Positions 1 through 12,192 of a stretch of 64,000 bases of DNA are shown here, piece after piece. Origin of the DNA: a virus. Lineage: Duplodnaviria; Caudoviricetes. The stretch is taken from positions 32,001-96,000 of IMG/VR virus record IMGVR_UViG_3300037067_015211; one strand, written 5' to 3'. Every line of letters begins with the position of its first letter. The stretch's first letter is position 1. The position numbers and the translations under genes are program-made. The notes under the pieces were generated by a model. That model did not search any database. It saw nothing but the letters and a program-made list of their open reading frames with translations, and was not told the origin of the DNA.

Positions 1-485
1 AATTCTTTTTCATATTCCATAAGTTGTGCTATGTACTCACGAAATAATGAAAATGGAGGATTTGTCACTACAATATTGGCTTGCTTTAACAATTCAACAC
101 TTTCCTCACTTCGAAAATCGCCATCGCCCTTTAAGTGTTTTATACCAATTTCTTCTGGATCGGGAATATTATTTCTATTTTTGTCACCGGTGTATTCTAA
201 ATAAATTGCTTTTTCAGACTTGTTGTTGCTAAATAAATCGATGTTCTGATTTTTGTAACAAGTAGTAATTAATTTTTTGAGACCCAGTAATTCAAAGTTA
301 TATGAAAAATAATGAAAAAAATTACTAATACGTGGATCATCACAATTGCAATAAACTACCTTATTTTTAAAATGATTTTTATAATATTTCAACTCTCTCT
401 CAATATCAGTTAATTGAGTATAAAATTCATCTTTTTTTGATTTCTTTGCTTTACGTAAATCTTTATTTTGTGACTTTATTGACAT
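1..485 (-). CDS. EcoRI-family adenine-specific DNA methyltransferase, 3'-partial (runs off window; absent from ORF track)
   Basis: Manual translation from ATG 485, no stop in 161 codons: MSIKSQNKDLRKAKKSKKDEFYTQLTDIERELKYYKNHFKNKVVYCNCDDPRISNFFHYF...GDGDFRSEE...IVVTNPPFSLFREY. DEFYT, CNCDDP, GDFRS and catalytic NPPF are hallmarks of the M.EcoRI family. Confidence 0.9.
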   Translation of the reverse strand, partial: MSIKSQNKDLRKAKKSKKDEFYTQLTDIERELKYYKNHFKNKVVYCNCDDPRISNFFHYFSYNFELLGLKKLITTCYKNQNIDLFSNNKSEKAIYLEYTGDKNRNNIPDPEEIGIKHLKGDGDFRSEESVELLKQANIVVTNPPFSLFREYIAQLMEYEKE

Positions 486-650
486 TGTACCCCTTATAAC
501 TAAGTCTTTTTCCCACAAATCCCTTTATAGCCTCTGTGGCTCTCTCTCCGTCCTTGACGGACCTCCAATTCCAACGAAAATTAAATTCATCACAGTATCT
601 ATAAAGATGATCCTTAGACACATGATGAAATATACCATATAACCCATTCC
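463..650 (-). pseudogene. IS1595 (ISXO2-like) transposase C-terminal remnant
   Basis: ORF 463..699 contains GLYGIFHHVSKDHLYRYCDEFNFRWNWR...GKRLSY, the typical IS1595 DDE C-terminus. The N-terminal bulk is missing and replaced by an unrelated short segment. Confidence 0.75.
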
Positions 651-817
651 CATCAATGTAACCATTCAAATCAACACCACATTGTCTGCATACGTCCATA
701 TAACACCCTTTCTATAAAATCTTCCAAATATACTAACCCAATATCCCAAATACGTCAAATAAAATCTTAAAATTATAATAAATAAACAAAAATTTGTACC
801 AAATATCAACAAAATAC

Positions 818-966
818 AATGTAGTTTGCCCTAAATTATAATAAAATAAGATGGGGTGCATGGCAAAGTAATGGGCGAATCAGGTCGGAACAAATGTAAT
901 TTGCCCTAAAATATATTAAAAATAACAAAATATAGCCAAAAATAAGAAGGGGGGCAAAGTAATTTG
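818..966. repeat. Repeated GGGCAAA-n-TAATTT / TTGCCCTAAA motif cluster in a divergent intergenic region
   Basis: aatgtagtttgccctaaattata (~818) and aatgtaatttgccctaaaatata (~893); gggggcaaagtaattt (~950); related copies at ~1338, ~5511, ~19432. Confidence 0.45.
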
Positions 967-1282
967 TTGATATATATAGACTTACAATTCCATAGAGAGA
1001 TTTTCAAAATTGGTACAGCCTAGTACACACGTCAGCACCATTCCCCCGCCATTGCCCTGCCCTTTCTGTACCCTCCCCCCCTTTTCTCAAACTCCTTTGC
1101 CCCTCGACCACCAACAAGCCTTTCTGTCGATCTACGGGCAATCTAATAGATAGATACAAACATATTTGCTTTCTTCTGTCTATTTTAGTTATTCTCAGGC
1201 CGATCTTATCTCTTTTATAAGCGTAACATTGTATGTGCAAATAGTTTGCACTTATATGTACATAAATTATTTAAAATAGCTC

Positions 1283-1310
1283 TTGACAAGACAAGAAATA
1301 TACATACAGT
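1283..1310 (+). promoter_or_regulatory. sigma70-type promoter TTGACA-N16-TACAGT
   Basis: Perfect -35 hexamer, 16-nt spacer, upstream of the first + strand gene. Confidence 0.7.
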
Positions 1311-1388
1311 ATAGGTAACATAAAGATGAGCAAATAAGGGGCAAACTAATTTGTCTTCTTGCAGTTAGGTTTATAAGGGAGATATATC

Positions 1389-3186
1389 ATGAAGATTAAG
1401 CGTGATAGGATTAAGGTGGCGGAGAGGGTTCTTAGGTTGGTGGAGAAAAAGATTAAGGATTATGATGCACCTAATATTTATCTAGGTACTTATCAGAATG
1501 GGAGAGAACAGGGCTATTCTTTACATATTTTAGTCGCAGATCCAAGCAAATGGGAATGGGTAGCGTGGAGCGAGGATCGTAGTTCAGATAGTGTTGTAGT
1601 GTATATAGAACAATTCGATTCTTGTCAATCTGTTTCTGATGATGCTTATGCAACTAGACAATTATTTGACAGTGAAAATGACGCTGCCAAATACATTGCC
1701 CAACTCATTAAGGAACATGAAGATTAATTTGCTCTTTTATAAGCGTAAATGAAACTATTAAAAGGAGATAGAAGATGGCTATTAGCGCGATGCAAATTTA
1801 TTTGATTGGACAAGCCGATTCGCTTATTACGACTTGTTCTGTTATTTTTTTTATTGGGTTTGTTGTTTCGCTTTTTATATTCATGCTGGGCATGGGCAGT
1901 ATTGAGAACATTGAAGATAGTAGTTGTATTGCTGTACTTGTAAGGTCTAGTAAAAAGCTATTGTATTGGCTGACCATTCCGTTGGCTATTGTTGTTTTTA
2001 CTCCTTCTTCCAAAACGCTTGCCGCTATGTATATCATCCCTAAGATCGCCGACTCCCAGTTTATGAAACAGGTGCCCGATAAACTTACTTCCCTAGCCAA
2101 TGAATGGCTCGATAAACAGATTAAAGATATCAAGGCAGAAGAAACTAAATAGTTTTTAAGGGTAACATATTATGAACAAACAATTTGCAGTTGGAGGCGG
2201 ATAAGATGCAAATTACTTTGGCGAGAATCAGATATGACGGACCTGAGAACTATTACTATTCGGATATGAATGATTGGAAATATATCGTTGCCGTCAAGAT
2301 GGGCACTATACATATGACCAAGAACAAACTGTTTGTGCTCAGTAATAGTGAAGGAATTCATTGTACTATAAAGACAGAATATGTAGCAGAACTATGGCTA
2401 CGAGAACAACCAGTTAATCAATCTGCGGTCGTCCCTGACGAACTAATGACAGAAGTACAAAATATTTTGAAGTAGAAATAGATTATAAACGTAACTATTT
2501 GAAAGGAACATATCTATGAACTACGCCCCTTTAGCTTTTACTCTTGGTTTCTTCGAAGTGCTCGTATTCCTCTATCTTCTATTTCTCACCATCTATATTG
2601 TTACCCCAGATAACCAAAACGACAATGATAAGATAACCACTACAAATTATTTGCTTCAAGTGTTTTGTGGATTACTGCTAATGGTAGCCCTTTCGCTAGG
2701 CGTGGGTAAAGCAATCTCGATGGGAGACAATACTAAAGTAGAACAGGAGAATACCAAATGAACAACAATGATTTTCATGAACATATGGAAAGAGTAATCA
2801 AGTGGAGCAAAGGAAAATCTATGAACAACAATGATTTGAGAGCTAAAATTCAAGCAGTGCTGGACGAGCGGGAACAGGAGAGACTTCAGAGAAAAAAACT
2901 TACTATAACTGAATATGTTGATGCCGTTGATGCAATTGCTTTCGATAAAATCAAACAAATCCTTGCCGCTAAACCATTCGAAGAATTTTTAGATACTCTC
3001 TTAGACTATAAACAAAAAGGCTACACTTATTTGAAGCAAATTAATTTTTTCCCCAGACAAATCCATGCGACCATAAATAATGAAGCCACCGGCTATACAT
3101 TTACCTCCAACTACAATCTTCAAGCCAACGAATCCTTCTCCGATATCTCCAAACAAATTGTTGATGCTTTCTACAATAATCCTTGA
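1389..3186 (+). CDS. Five small hypothetical phage proteins (1389-1727, 1775-2152 membrane, 2185-2475, 2516-2761 membrane, 2758-3186)
   Basis: Co-oriented, AGGA(G)-type RBS, tight spacing; two have hydrophobic helices. Confidence 0.7.
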
Positions 3187-3483
3187 CAAACGTTCAGTGT
3201 TCTGATATATTGGATAAAAAAAAACTATGTAGCAAAGAAGTAGTATGCAAATATTTTACACCAAACTATTGTTCCTAGATAAATATTCCACCCAGTCTTC
3301 TGATGTGATCCCCTTCTACACAGACGATACACCAAAAGATATATCGTTTGCCGCCTCGCTCATGGAAACACTTCTCCACCAAAAAAACATCTTAAGGAAA
3401 AATGATGAGTAGCAAAATGCAATAATTTGCTTCAAAATAATGAAACAAATTTGTATCAGGGGCAAGAATTTGATACAAAGTTG

Positions 3484-3582
3484 TGCCAAAATGGCAGGAA
3501 TTTGGACATCGGACAGCAAACTATTTTGTATTTTATAATATTTTACAATATTTTTCTAAAAAGTCTGCCAAAATGGCAGGAA
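3484..3582. repeat. 17-bp direct repeat TGCCAAAATGGCAGGAA (palindromic core TGCCA-aaa-TGGCA) in a ~750-bp non-coding region
   Basis: Copies at 3484-3500 and 3566-3582. Confidence 0.7.
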
Positions 3583-3901
3583 AGTGGGTGATATTGGTAT
3601 GATATCATAGTGATATCACTGTTTATAACAGTGATAAGAAAATGGGTTAAATTATGGGCGTAAAAAGTATTTGAGGGACAAATTAATTTGCATTTTCTGG
3701 TGTAATACAGGTATAAAGTATAGGCTAGTTGTGTAATGTATGAAAACATGGTGAAAAAGGGGTATTATTACCGATTATTAGGAAATTTATGTCCGGCCAT
3801 GACCGGAAGGGATGTGGCCATATTTAGTTGACATCTGTGGTAGAATTCCATAATAGATATATGGGTTTTGTGTAATTGTGCAATAATTTTAAAAAAATAG
3901 C

Positions 3902-3929
3902 TTGACAAGTGTGGGATTGTGCATACAGT
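3902..3929 (+). promoter_or_regulatory. sigma70-type promoter TTGACA-N16-TACAGT
   Basis: Followed by GAAGGGAGA RBS and ATG 3957. Confidence 0.75.
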
Positions 3930-3956
3930 ATATTTAGTATGTGAAGGGAGAAGGAT

Positions 3957-5819
3957 ATGGAGTTGACAGACATAGATGAGATTAGGGAGTATGTAAAGAA
4001 CAAGGGGTATAATGAGCGTCATTGGCTTAATGATGTGATAAGGTGTTTGGAGCATTGTGAGCGTGGTGAGGCTCGTGTTATTTGTTTTAATGAGAGTGAC
4101 AAGGCTAGTGTTCATGACAAGTATTTGATGATAAGGTTGTTGTTTGGTGGTAATAAAGAGGAAAGTCCGTGGTTTTTGGTCTGAGTGGTGGCAAATGAGT
4201 TTGCGGCTTAAATTTTGATAAAAAGGGGTTATATTATGAGTACATTTAAAAACATTGAGATTGTTGTAGTTGAGCATTATAACAAGGTGGAGGATTATAA
4301 AACTTTTAGTGTAAACATAGAACGTGGTGATGAGCATATAAGCATTAAGGCTCCGACGCAACAATTGGCGTATGTTTTGGCCCAAATGATTAGCGAATTG
4401 CTTGTGAAATATACTCGTGAAAATATTTGTAATTATGAGAGGTATTGTGAAGATTAAAAGGGGGTTATGGATCATGAATATTGAGAAGGTAGTCAGGAAG
4501 TTGAATAGGCTTAAGGGTAGCATTAAGACCAAGGCTGAGGATTGACAACATGAACTATTATGATATTAATGGCAAACCATTGAAAAAGTACACATGTGTT
4601 ATATGTGGTAATGATACGGTTAATGAGAGATGTATATGTTATATGTGCAGGCGACATAAGAACCAGCCGCACAATGTTATATTTTATCGTGAGCGTAAGA
4701 GACTAGAAGATGGGTTTGCGATGTTAAATGGCTATCAGGATTATGATGATTATTGTGATGATGAATATTAATAGGTTGGTTTGTAAATTACATTATTTTA
4801 CTTAAATTTTAGTTAAAAAGGGGTTGGATCATGTTAGTGAAGGTAACCGGTGAGGATATGGCGGAGCATAAGGTAGTATGTAGGTGGGTTGGATTAAGAT
4901 GCAAGGCCATTGATTCTATTTGTTATGGGCTTGATATAAGCGTGGGGGACACCAAATCGAGTGTTAGTTTAGTTTGCTTTGAGGGGACGGAGTCTATTAT
5001 TAGGCTAAGGTTTATTGTAGTCTCTGGTGATGATCGATATATTTCTGTTAGTGGTGGTGGGGGATATTTTTTTGAGGGGGAAAATAGGATAGAAGATGCG
5101 ATTGATTATATTGTGTGCAAGGTTAAGGATTATCTTTGGGGAGATTAAATAATGAGCAAGCGTATAATTCAAATAAATTTGGAGGGCATAGGAGATTGCC
5201 CCAATAAATCTATTCTTGACAAACTTTCTACTCCGCAGCTTTTTATTATGATGCGTAATTGCCTTGATGGCTATTTGGGTATTAGGGCTGTAGCGGAGAT
5301 CGAGATTAACGAGGTGGTGCAAACAATTTGTTCTGGAGGGATATATGGTTTAGAGAGTAATGATACGGAGTATATGGTTGTTGTAGAGGGTGAGCAACTT
5401 TCTGAGCTAAGGTATATGCTTATGGAGATAGGGTTTGGTGAGCGGGAGATTAAAACTGCTATCGAGCGGCGTAGGAATGGAATTACTTAAATTTTAATTA
5501 AAAAGGGGTTGGGGCAAATTAATTTGTATTTTTAGCTTGACAGGGGGAGGATTATACATAGAGTATAATTAGTGAAAGGGGGCTGATGATGGAAACGATA
5601 ACGGTAGATAAATCGGAGTTGGTGGAGAGGCTTCTGTGGTGGCAGAAGCAGGGGCTATCATTTAGTGGTAGTGGATATGGGGGGAAGATTCCTACCAGAT
5701 ATTTGTATAAGCACAACAATATCCTGAAGCGGGTATATTGTGCGTGTTACGGGAATTCCGGCACGTGTTATGTCGTGAGCGGCAAGGACAAGATTATTTT
5801 GCGGGTTTTAGGTGGATAA
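3957..5819 (+). CDS. Small early hypothetical proteins (3957-4184, ~4236-4457, 4550-4771 Zn-ribbon, 4831-5148, 5152-5490, 5586-5819)
   Basis: Co-oriented; several are preceded by a recurring TTAAATTTT..AAAAAGGGGTT spacer/RBS (~4209, ~4802, ~5487). Confidence 0.65.
5537..5564 (+). promoter_or_regulatory. sigma70-type promoter TTGACA-N16-TAGAGT
   Basis: Upstream of 5586 and rtcB. Confidence 0.7.
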
Positions 5820-7026
5820 AATGATTGAACTTCGTGGTAAGTATGCTATTGCCAAAGTATTTACGGATAATATTGAGCAAATGGCGGTATCACAGATCAT
5901 TGAACTGCTTAATCAGCCGTTTACTAAAGGTAGTCATATTTGTATTATGCCGGATGTTCATGCTGGTAAAGGTTGTGTTATAGGCACTACCATGACCATT
6001 ACCGATAAGATAGTGCCGAATCTAGTGGGTGTGGATATTGCATGTGGCATGTTGACTGTAGAGTTATTTGACTGGATTCCTAGTGAGATAAATCTTAGGC
6101 GTTTGGATGAGGCTATTAAGAAGCGGGTTCCGTCTGGGTTTGACGTACACGATAAAGCTGTAGCTACATTTGATTTTTTGGAAAGGCTTAGGTGTTACAA
6201 ATATTTGCATGATGTGCCTAGGATTGGTCGTAGTATAGGGACTTTAGGTGGAGGCAATCATTTTATTGAGATAAACAGATCGACTGGTGGTGACAAGTAT
6301 TATATGGTTATTCATTCTGGTTCACGTAATTTGGGAAAACAGGTATGCGAGCATTATCAGAATTTAGCCATAAAGGAAACTTGCAAGATTGATATGGATG
6401 TTGTGGCTGAGATAAAAAACAAATTAATTTGTGATGGTCGTAGTTCTGAAATTGCAGGGGAGTTAAAAAGGCTTAAGGGGGAGGTTCCGCAGAAGCATCT
6501 TGCATATTTGGCCGGTAATTCCTTTAGGGACTATCTTCATGATATGCAGATTGTGACTGAATATTCATATGCTAATCGTAAGGCAATGGCAACGGCAATT
6601 ATGCATGAATTGGGAATTCATTGGTCTGATTGGTTTACTACACTACACAATTACATTGATTTGGTAAATATGATGCTGAGGAAGGGCGCGGTTTCCGCTC
6701 AGGCTGGGGAGAAGTTGTTAATTCCTCTTAATATGCGAGATGGTAGTTTATTGTGTTATGGTCGAGGTAGTCCTGATTGGAATTATTCTGCTCCGCATGG
6801 GGCTGGGCGGACGATGAGTAGGGGTAATGCTAAGCGGAGTATTAATATTGAGGACTTTAAAAAGTCTATGGAGGGTATTTTTACCACATCTGTTGGGCAG
6901 TCTACAATTGATGAGTCGCCATTTGCTTACAAACCATTTGAGGAAATTATTGCAAACATTGGGGATACGGTAGATATTGTAGATAAGATTGTTCCAGTTT
7001 ATAATTTTAAGGCTGGTGGTGATTAA
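5812..7026 (+). CDS. rtcB: RtcB-family RNA ligase (3'-P/5'-OH)
   Basis: IMPDVHAGKGCVIG, VGVDIACG, GTLGGGNHFIE, HSGSR, HNY, RKGA, SAPHGAGR, DESPFAYK motifs. Confidence 0.95.
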   Translation: MDKMIELRGKYAIAKVFTDNIEQMAVSQIIELLNQPFTKGSHICIMPDVHAGKGCVIGTTMTITDKIVPNLVGVDIACGMLTVELFDWIPSEINLRRLDEAIKKRVPSGFDVHDKAVATFDFLERLRCYKYLHDVPRIGRSIGTLGGGNHFIEINRSTGGDKYYMVIHSGSRNLGKQVCEHYQNLAIKETCKIDMDVVAEIKNKLICDGRSSEIAGELKRLKGEVPQKHLAYLAGNSFRDYLHDMQIVTEYSYANRKAMATAIMHELGIHWSDWFTTLHNYIDLVNMMLRKGAVSAQAGEKLLIPLNMRDGSLLCYGRGSPDWNYSAPHGAGRTMSRGNAKRSINIEDFKKSMEGIFTTSVGQSTIDESPFAYKPFEEIIANIGDTVDIVDKIVPVYNFKAGGD

Positions 7027-7035
7027 AGGGAATAT

Positions 7036-10000
7036 ATGAAACTTACAATGAAGCAGAAGAATCAAATAGCAATTCGAATTATTGCCGATACGATACGGCG
7101 ATATTATTTTAAGCCGGTTACTTATAAACAAATTGTCAAATTTTGTGATAAGGGTGGATTTACTTTCCGTAAGTTCGTAAAACTTTTGGGCATGGACAAG
7201 AAAATTGACATGAAAAAGTTGGAAAGGGAAGCTTGGGATGCGATAAACATATTGTCTATTGCGGGGGCGAGCAGGAAAGACATGATACAAATAATTGATC
7301 TAGTTATGGAAAAAGGCAAGTATTATCCTTGACAAACGGCTTTTTATGCATAGACTATGAATAGCTGAAGGGAGAACAATAGATGATTTTAAAGTATTGT
7401 GACAAATTCAAGCACGAGGCCAACGGAGAGACATATTGGCAAGGTGATGGGACGATGGAATATGAGACTGCGTTGGAGTTCATGGCGCACACGGCATTTG
7501 GTTTTTGTGGTTGTGGGGAGCCAGAAAAAACCCTGCCGGTTATAAAAAACTATTTTAACATGTTATACCAATGGGAAAGCCGCTTGGAAAACAACAAGAA
7601 AAAGAAAATTACTTGGGATGATATTGTAAAGGAATGTTTTTCTGGCCGAGATGATTTAGCGTATATTACGGCGTATGCCTTGCATAATGCGCACCTAACA
7701 ACTCATGGTGGAAGTGTCAATTACTCTTGGCTAACGGATCTGGGGCAGGATATTTTGCATGATCTGAATGCTTTGATGGGCAAGGAACAATAAGATGTCG
7801 GCAGATAAGCTTCAAAAACAAATAGTTATTCACGAAAAAGCCCTGTCGATATTGAAAAGACAAAACTCCTCATCTATATGGCCCGTTAAAGTTATTGGCA
7901 CCAACTTTAAACATAATTTTGAATGGGATGATAGAAGCAAGTGGACCCACGTAATTATAAAGGGTGATGTGGACGGATCGGACTGTGACGTTTATTATTC
8001 GCCTACTTTTGATTTCTTTGTTGCGTGTAAAGATAATTGTTACGAAAAGATTGAAAATGATAAAGCGGGTCAAATGTGGCTTTCATTAAATGAAAATCAA
8101 CCGGACAGTAAGCCGCCGCAGTTGTTATTGGATAAGACCTTTTTAGGAGAATTAATTAAAAAGGCAAACTCCACACCAATATCAAAGGCGATGTCGGTCA
8201 TGCTATCGGTTATGTCTTCCGTATCATTGGTAATCGCCCCAAGATTAGCCATAACCGGTGTGGTCGCCATTCCTCTTTATATTTGGGTTCACCATATTGT
8301 TGCCTATATAGCGGCAGGACTTATTTTCATTGTGTCCTTTAAAAATTTTGATGATTGAAAGATAATAATTATGTTAAATTGGCGACATGTGTGTAATGAT
8401 GATAATCCAATTGCACATCTTGGAGAATATGACGCTTACATTGAGGATTAAAAACAATGAATAAGAACAAACTAATTTGGACCAAGAAAGATCGGCTTTT
8501 TGAGACTGTATATACTTTGTATGTTGGTCGTGCTCAATGTGATGTGATAATTTCTAAAGATGGTTTTATTTCTTGGAGAGTTTATTTGCCACTGTCGCTT
8601 AATAATTATTATATAGGCAATTACGCCAATAGTGTAAAACAGGCTAAGCGCAATGCTATTAGTAGGCTTAAGCATGAATGCAAACATTTTGTAAATATTT
8701 CCAGTGAAATCTTGGATAGGATTGGTTAGGGGCATAACATGACTTTTCATATCGAATGGTTTGATGTTGCAAAATTAATTGCCTTTGCCATTGGCGTTAC
8801 AATGGGAAGTTTTATTTTTCGTTGTGTGAAGGATTTTTTTAGAGGAGATGGTTTATGAAAGCACATAAATTTGTTATTGGTGGATCTAGCTCGGATACTG
8901 TTACAGTATTTTGTGAGCATTGTGGGATAGTGGCACCAAATTGTGTGTTAATGAGGCAAATGACAATGGCCGAAATTGACAGGGAAAGGGCGAGAATTAA
9001 TTCAGGTTGTCCGCTTGCTCCGGAATCTACTAATGATGGAGATGGGGACAAAATGGCCAGTGAAAGAATATCTCGTAAAGAAGCCCTTGAAATTTCTCGC
9101 AAAATTTTGCTTGATGCTGAAAGAAAAAGATATGGGATTGTAATACAAGAAGCTGAGGAAGATGAGGGCGATAAAATTATTGCTGATGCATCTGCGATTA
9201 TTATGGAAAATGGCGATATTGACGGCGTACACCATAAGACTTGGGTGATAGACCGAGTTCTTCGTAAATTATTGGGGGAAGATAAATACAATAAATTTGT
9301 TGCGAGTTGCAATGGCAATTGGGATGAGGGGATAGCACCGTGAAATATCTTTCCGAATGCACGAAAAAGGGATTTCCCTGTGGGTTTATGACGCCAGAAG
9401 GCAAATGTTCTGACGATGAAGGAGTTTGCTTAGGCGATTTTAATGTGTTTACAAAAAGGCAGTTTGTGTGTTGTAGTGACTTTGTAATGTTTCATCTACA
9501 TGATGGACGCAGAGTTTATGTTATGCCAAACAATATTTGCGGCATTACGGAAGCCCCAGAAGCAGGATGTTATATTGGTACGGGTGAGGGGAAGGACAAG
9601 TGGTATGAGATAAGGGAATCGGTCGAAGACGTGATAAAGACAATTAACGATTACATAAATAGATATGTGGATGATTATGAAATCTAATTGGAGAGTGTCA
9701 TGAAAGATAGACATAGGTGTAACGCCATAAATAAAGATGGAACGCGCTGTAAAAGGCGCGGGATGTGGACAATCCCAAATTGTTATCTCTATAAAGACAA
9801 AAGATTTTATGGGCGGGAAATCCATCTTTGCATGACCCACTATTTAAAATATCACAGGAACAAATATTTGAAGCTATCTCCGTGTGGATATTTACAACCG
9901 TACAATCAATACAAGTATGGCACTGCCGTATATAGCAGGATAATTAACTGGGATAAAAAACCTAAAGTGGTAAAGACAAGCAAATATTGGATAAACCGAG

Positions 10001-10940
10001 AGTTGGAGAGTATTGTATGAATTTTCTGATGGCGGTAGAAAAGGTTGCCGAAGAGACACATAAAATAGGCTGGCCTGAACAATTGTGTTTTTTGTTTGTA
10101 TATTTTCTTTTGGTGCCTATGTTGTATACTTGACAAGAAAAGATTAACAAATGATACTAAACAAACTATATGAACGGGGCTTGATAAACTGTCCCAATGG
10201 GTTATTAAATTTAAAAAAGTTAAAAAAAGGCTATTGACAAACACTGAATCGTCCATATGATATAAGCGTGTATTCTTTTTAAAAGAAAGGTGTATATGCC
10301 GACGAAGAAGAAACAGCATTTGAAGATCGAGATCATTGAAGCGAAAGGATACACCAAGAAGGTATTGGTTCGTGTTGTTTCCCAGTCTCATAGGGGCAAA
10401 GAGTTTGGAGAGAATGGAAGTGATGAGTTTATTTCTTCACAAAACTTTAAGCTACGCTCTGAAAATTGCCCAGAATATTATGGGGAAGGTTGTTATTCTT
10501 TGTGTGTAAGGGGAATTAAACATAGTTATGATAACGATGTTGTTCTTTTTCCAAAAGAAAAATTGCCACTTTTAAATCAAGCAATAGAGGAATACAACAA
10601 ACATTTTGCACAAAGCGAAAGGAATAACAAAATGCAGAAGCAAGATAATTTTAGCGCACTTTGCAAAAGCCTTGACACATGGTATTCCCTTGTTCAATCA
10701 AGATCAGCCTTTGGCCCTCTAGTTAGCAAACAATATGTGACAGGTGTAGTAATAAATGATTTTACTGACGAAGAATACAGGCTTGTACAAAACGCAATCT
10801 TCAATCTTTCCCCACAAATCATTGTAGAGGCGGCAAAAATTCTTGCAGAGGAATTTGAGCAACACAAGAAGGAATGGGAAGAAGAAAAAAATGATTTGCT
10901 TTATATTATTGACAAGTTGAAAAACATATCGGAAAAATAA
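7036..10940 (+). CDS. Hypothetical proteins (7036-7332, 7383-7793, 7795-8358, 8457-8729, 8855-9343, 9340-9687, ~9700-10020, ~10296-10940)
   Basis: Co-oriented and abutting or overlapping; several Cys-rich. No function recognised. Confidence 0.65.
7329..7356 (+). promoter_or_regulatory. sigma70-type promoter TTGACA-N16-TAGACT
   Basis: Followed by GAAGGGAGA RBS. Confidence 0.75.
10234..10261 (+). promoter_or_regulatory. sigma70-type promoter TTGACA-N16-TATGAT
   Basis: A-tract (UP-like) upstream; intergenic position. Confidence 0.7.
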
Positions 10941-10941
10941 C

Positions 10942-11796
10942 ATGAATATTCAAACATGTTCTATTGTAGTTGGTACAACCGCATGTAATGCCAAATGTCC
11001 GTTTTGTGTGTCAAAGATGACCAATAATGGTTGTGTTGTTTCCGACGAAACCATTAATGTTAGAAACTTCAAAAAGACTTGTATCTTGATGGACAAGGTT
11101 GGAGTTACTACTGTTTTACTCACCGGGCGCGGGGAACCCACTCTATACCCGATGCAAATTACTTCATATTTGGAAATGCTTGACAATAGAGTGCCTTTTA
11201 TTGAGTTACAAACAAATGGTTTGCTCTTGGAAAAGCTAAATGATAGTATTAGGAAATGGCATGAACTTGGGCTGAATACTATATGTTTATCGGTCGTATC
11301 TCACAACAGACAGGACAATATTAATATTTATGGTGGTGACCACTACGATTTGTTTGATATGATCCATTATCTACATTCTTTGGGGTTTATGGTTAGATTG
11401 TCGGTTATGCTGATAGACGGCATTATCGACTCAATGGATAAATTTTTGGACTTGGTTGAATTTTGCAAAATGGGCAAAGTAGATCAATTAACTGTTAGGC
11501 CAATTACAGTTCCTTTTGAAAAGACAAAAGAGAATAAGGATATATATGCTTGGACGGTAGATCATGGTGTATCTTGTCTGTTTCTTGACGACCTTAAGGA
11601 CTATCTAAATGAAAATGCCGTCAAATTATTGTCATTCGATTACGGCGCGGTCGTTTATGATTATGCGGGGCAAAATATTTGCTTGTCAAATTGTTTGACG
11701 GAGGGGAATGGAGATGGTAATATAAGGCAAATTATTTTTTACCCTGATGGGCGATTGATGTACAGTTGGCAATATGAAGGGGCGAGATTGTTGTAA
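10942..11796 (+). CDS. Radical SAM protein
   Basis: CNAKCPFC (CxxxCxxC), TGRGEP, ELQTNG. Confidence 0.9.
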   Translation: MNIQTCSIVVGTTACNAKCPFCVSKMTNNGCVVSDETINVRNFKKTCILMDKVGVTTVLLTGRGEPTLYPMQITSYLEMLDNRVPFIELQTNGLLLEKLNDSIRKWHELGLNTICLSVVSHNRQDNINIYGGDHYDLFDMIHYLHSLGFMVRLSVMLIDGIIDSMDKFLDLVEFCKMGKVDQLTVRPITVPFEKTKENKDIYAWTVDHGVSCLFLDDLKDYLNENAVKLLSFDYGAVVYDYAGQNICLSNCLTEGNGDGNIRQIIFYPDGRLMYSWQYEGARLL

Positions 11797-11803
11797 AATT
11801 TGC

Positions 11804-11831
11804 TTGACAATAGTTATTTTGTGCATAGACT
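11804..11831 (+). promoter_or_regulatory. sigma70-type promoter TTGACA-N16-TAGACT upstream of the NAD operon
   Basis: Lies just after the radical SAM stop; precedes 11854-12180 and pncB. Confidence 0.7.
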
Positions 11832-11853
11832 TCTTATGAAAGGAAAAATTATT

Positions 11854-12180
11854 ATGAAAAAATGGACTAAATTGGGCGGCGGAGACATCTCCCTAGAATA
11901 CAATGAAGGTGTTGTTAAGATTCTTGTGACCAAAAACAAGATTAAATTGACAAAGCCATCCGGCAGATACCATGTTTATGATATTTATGTGTTTGGGAGA
12001 AGCATGGGCGATGGTTATGCTACGACTCTAAAACGAGCACAGGAGAAGGCCATAAAGGCCGCCGGAGAGGCTCTGCTGACTATGGCCGATCAGATTAGAG
12101 AAACCTTGAATTATTTTCCACATGAAGCAAGCGAATATCCATTTCAGCTATATTGTTCCAAGTTTTGTAATCGGTCGTAA
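11854..12180 (+). CDS. Hypothetical protein, first gene of the NAD salvage transcription unit
   Basis: AAGGA RBS before ATG 11854; ends 12 nt before pncB. Confidence 0.6.
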   Translation: MKKWTKLGGGDISLEYNEGVVKILVTKNKIKLTKPSGRYHVYDIYVFGRSMGDGYATTLKRAQEKAIKAAGEALLTMADQIRETLNYFPHEASEYPFQLYCSKFCNRS

Positions 12181-12192
12181 AGGAAAAAAATA

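Noticed and set aside
3768-4532. 254-aa minus-strand ORF
   Set aside because: It is antisense to RBS-bearing + genes, and its composition reflects the local G/T skew.
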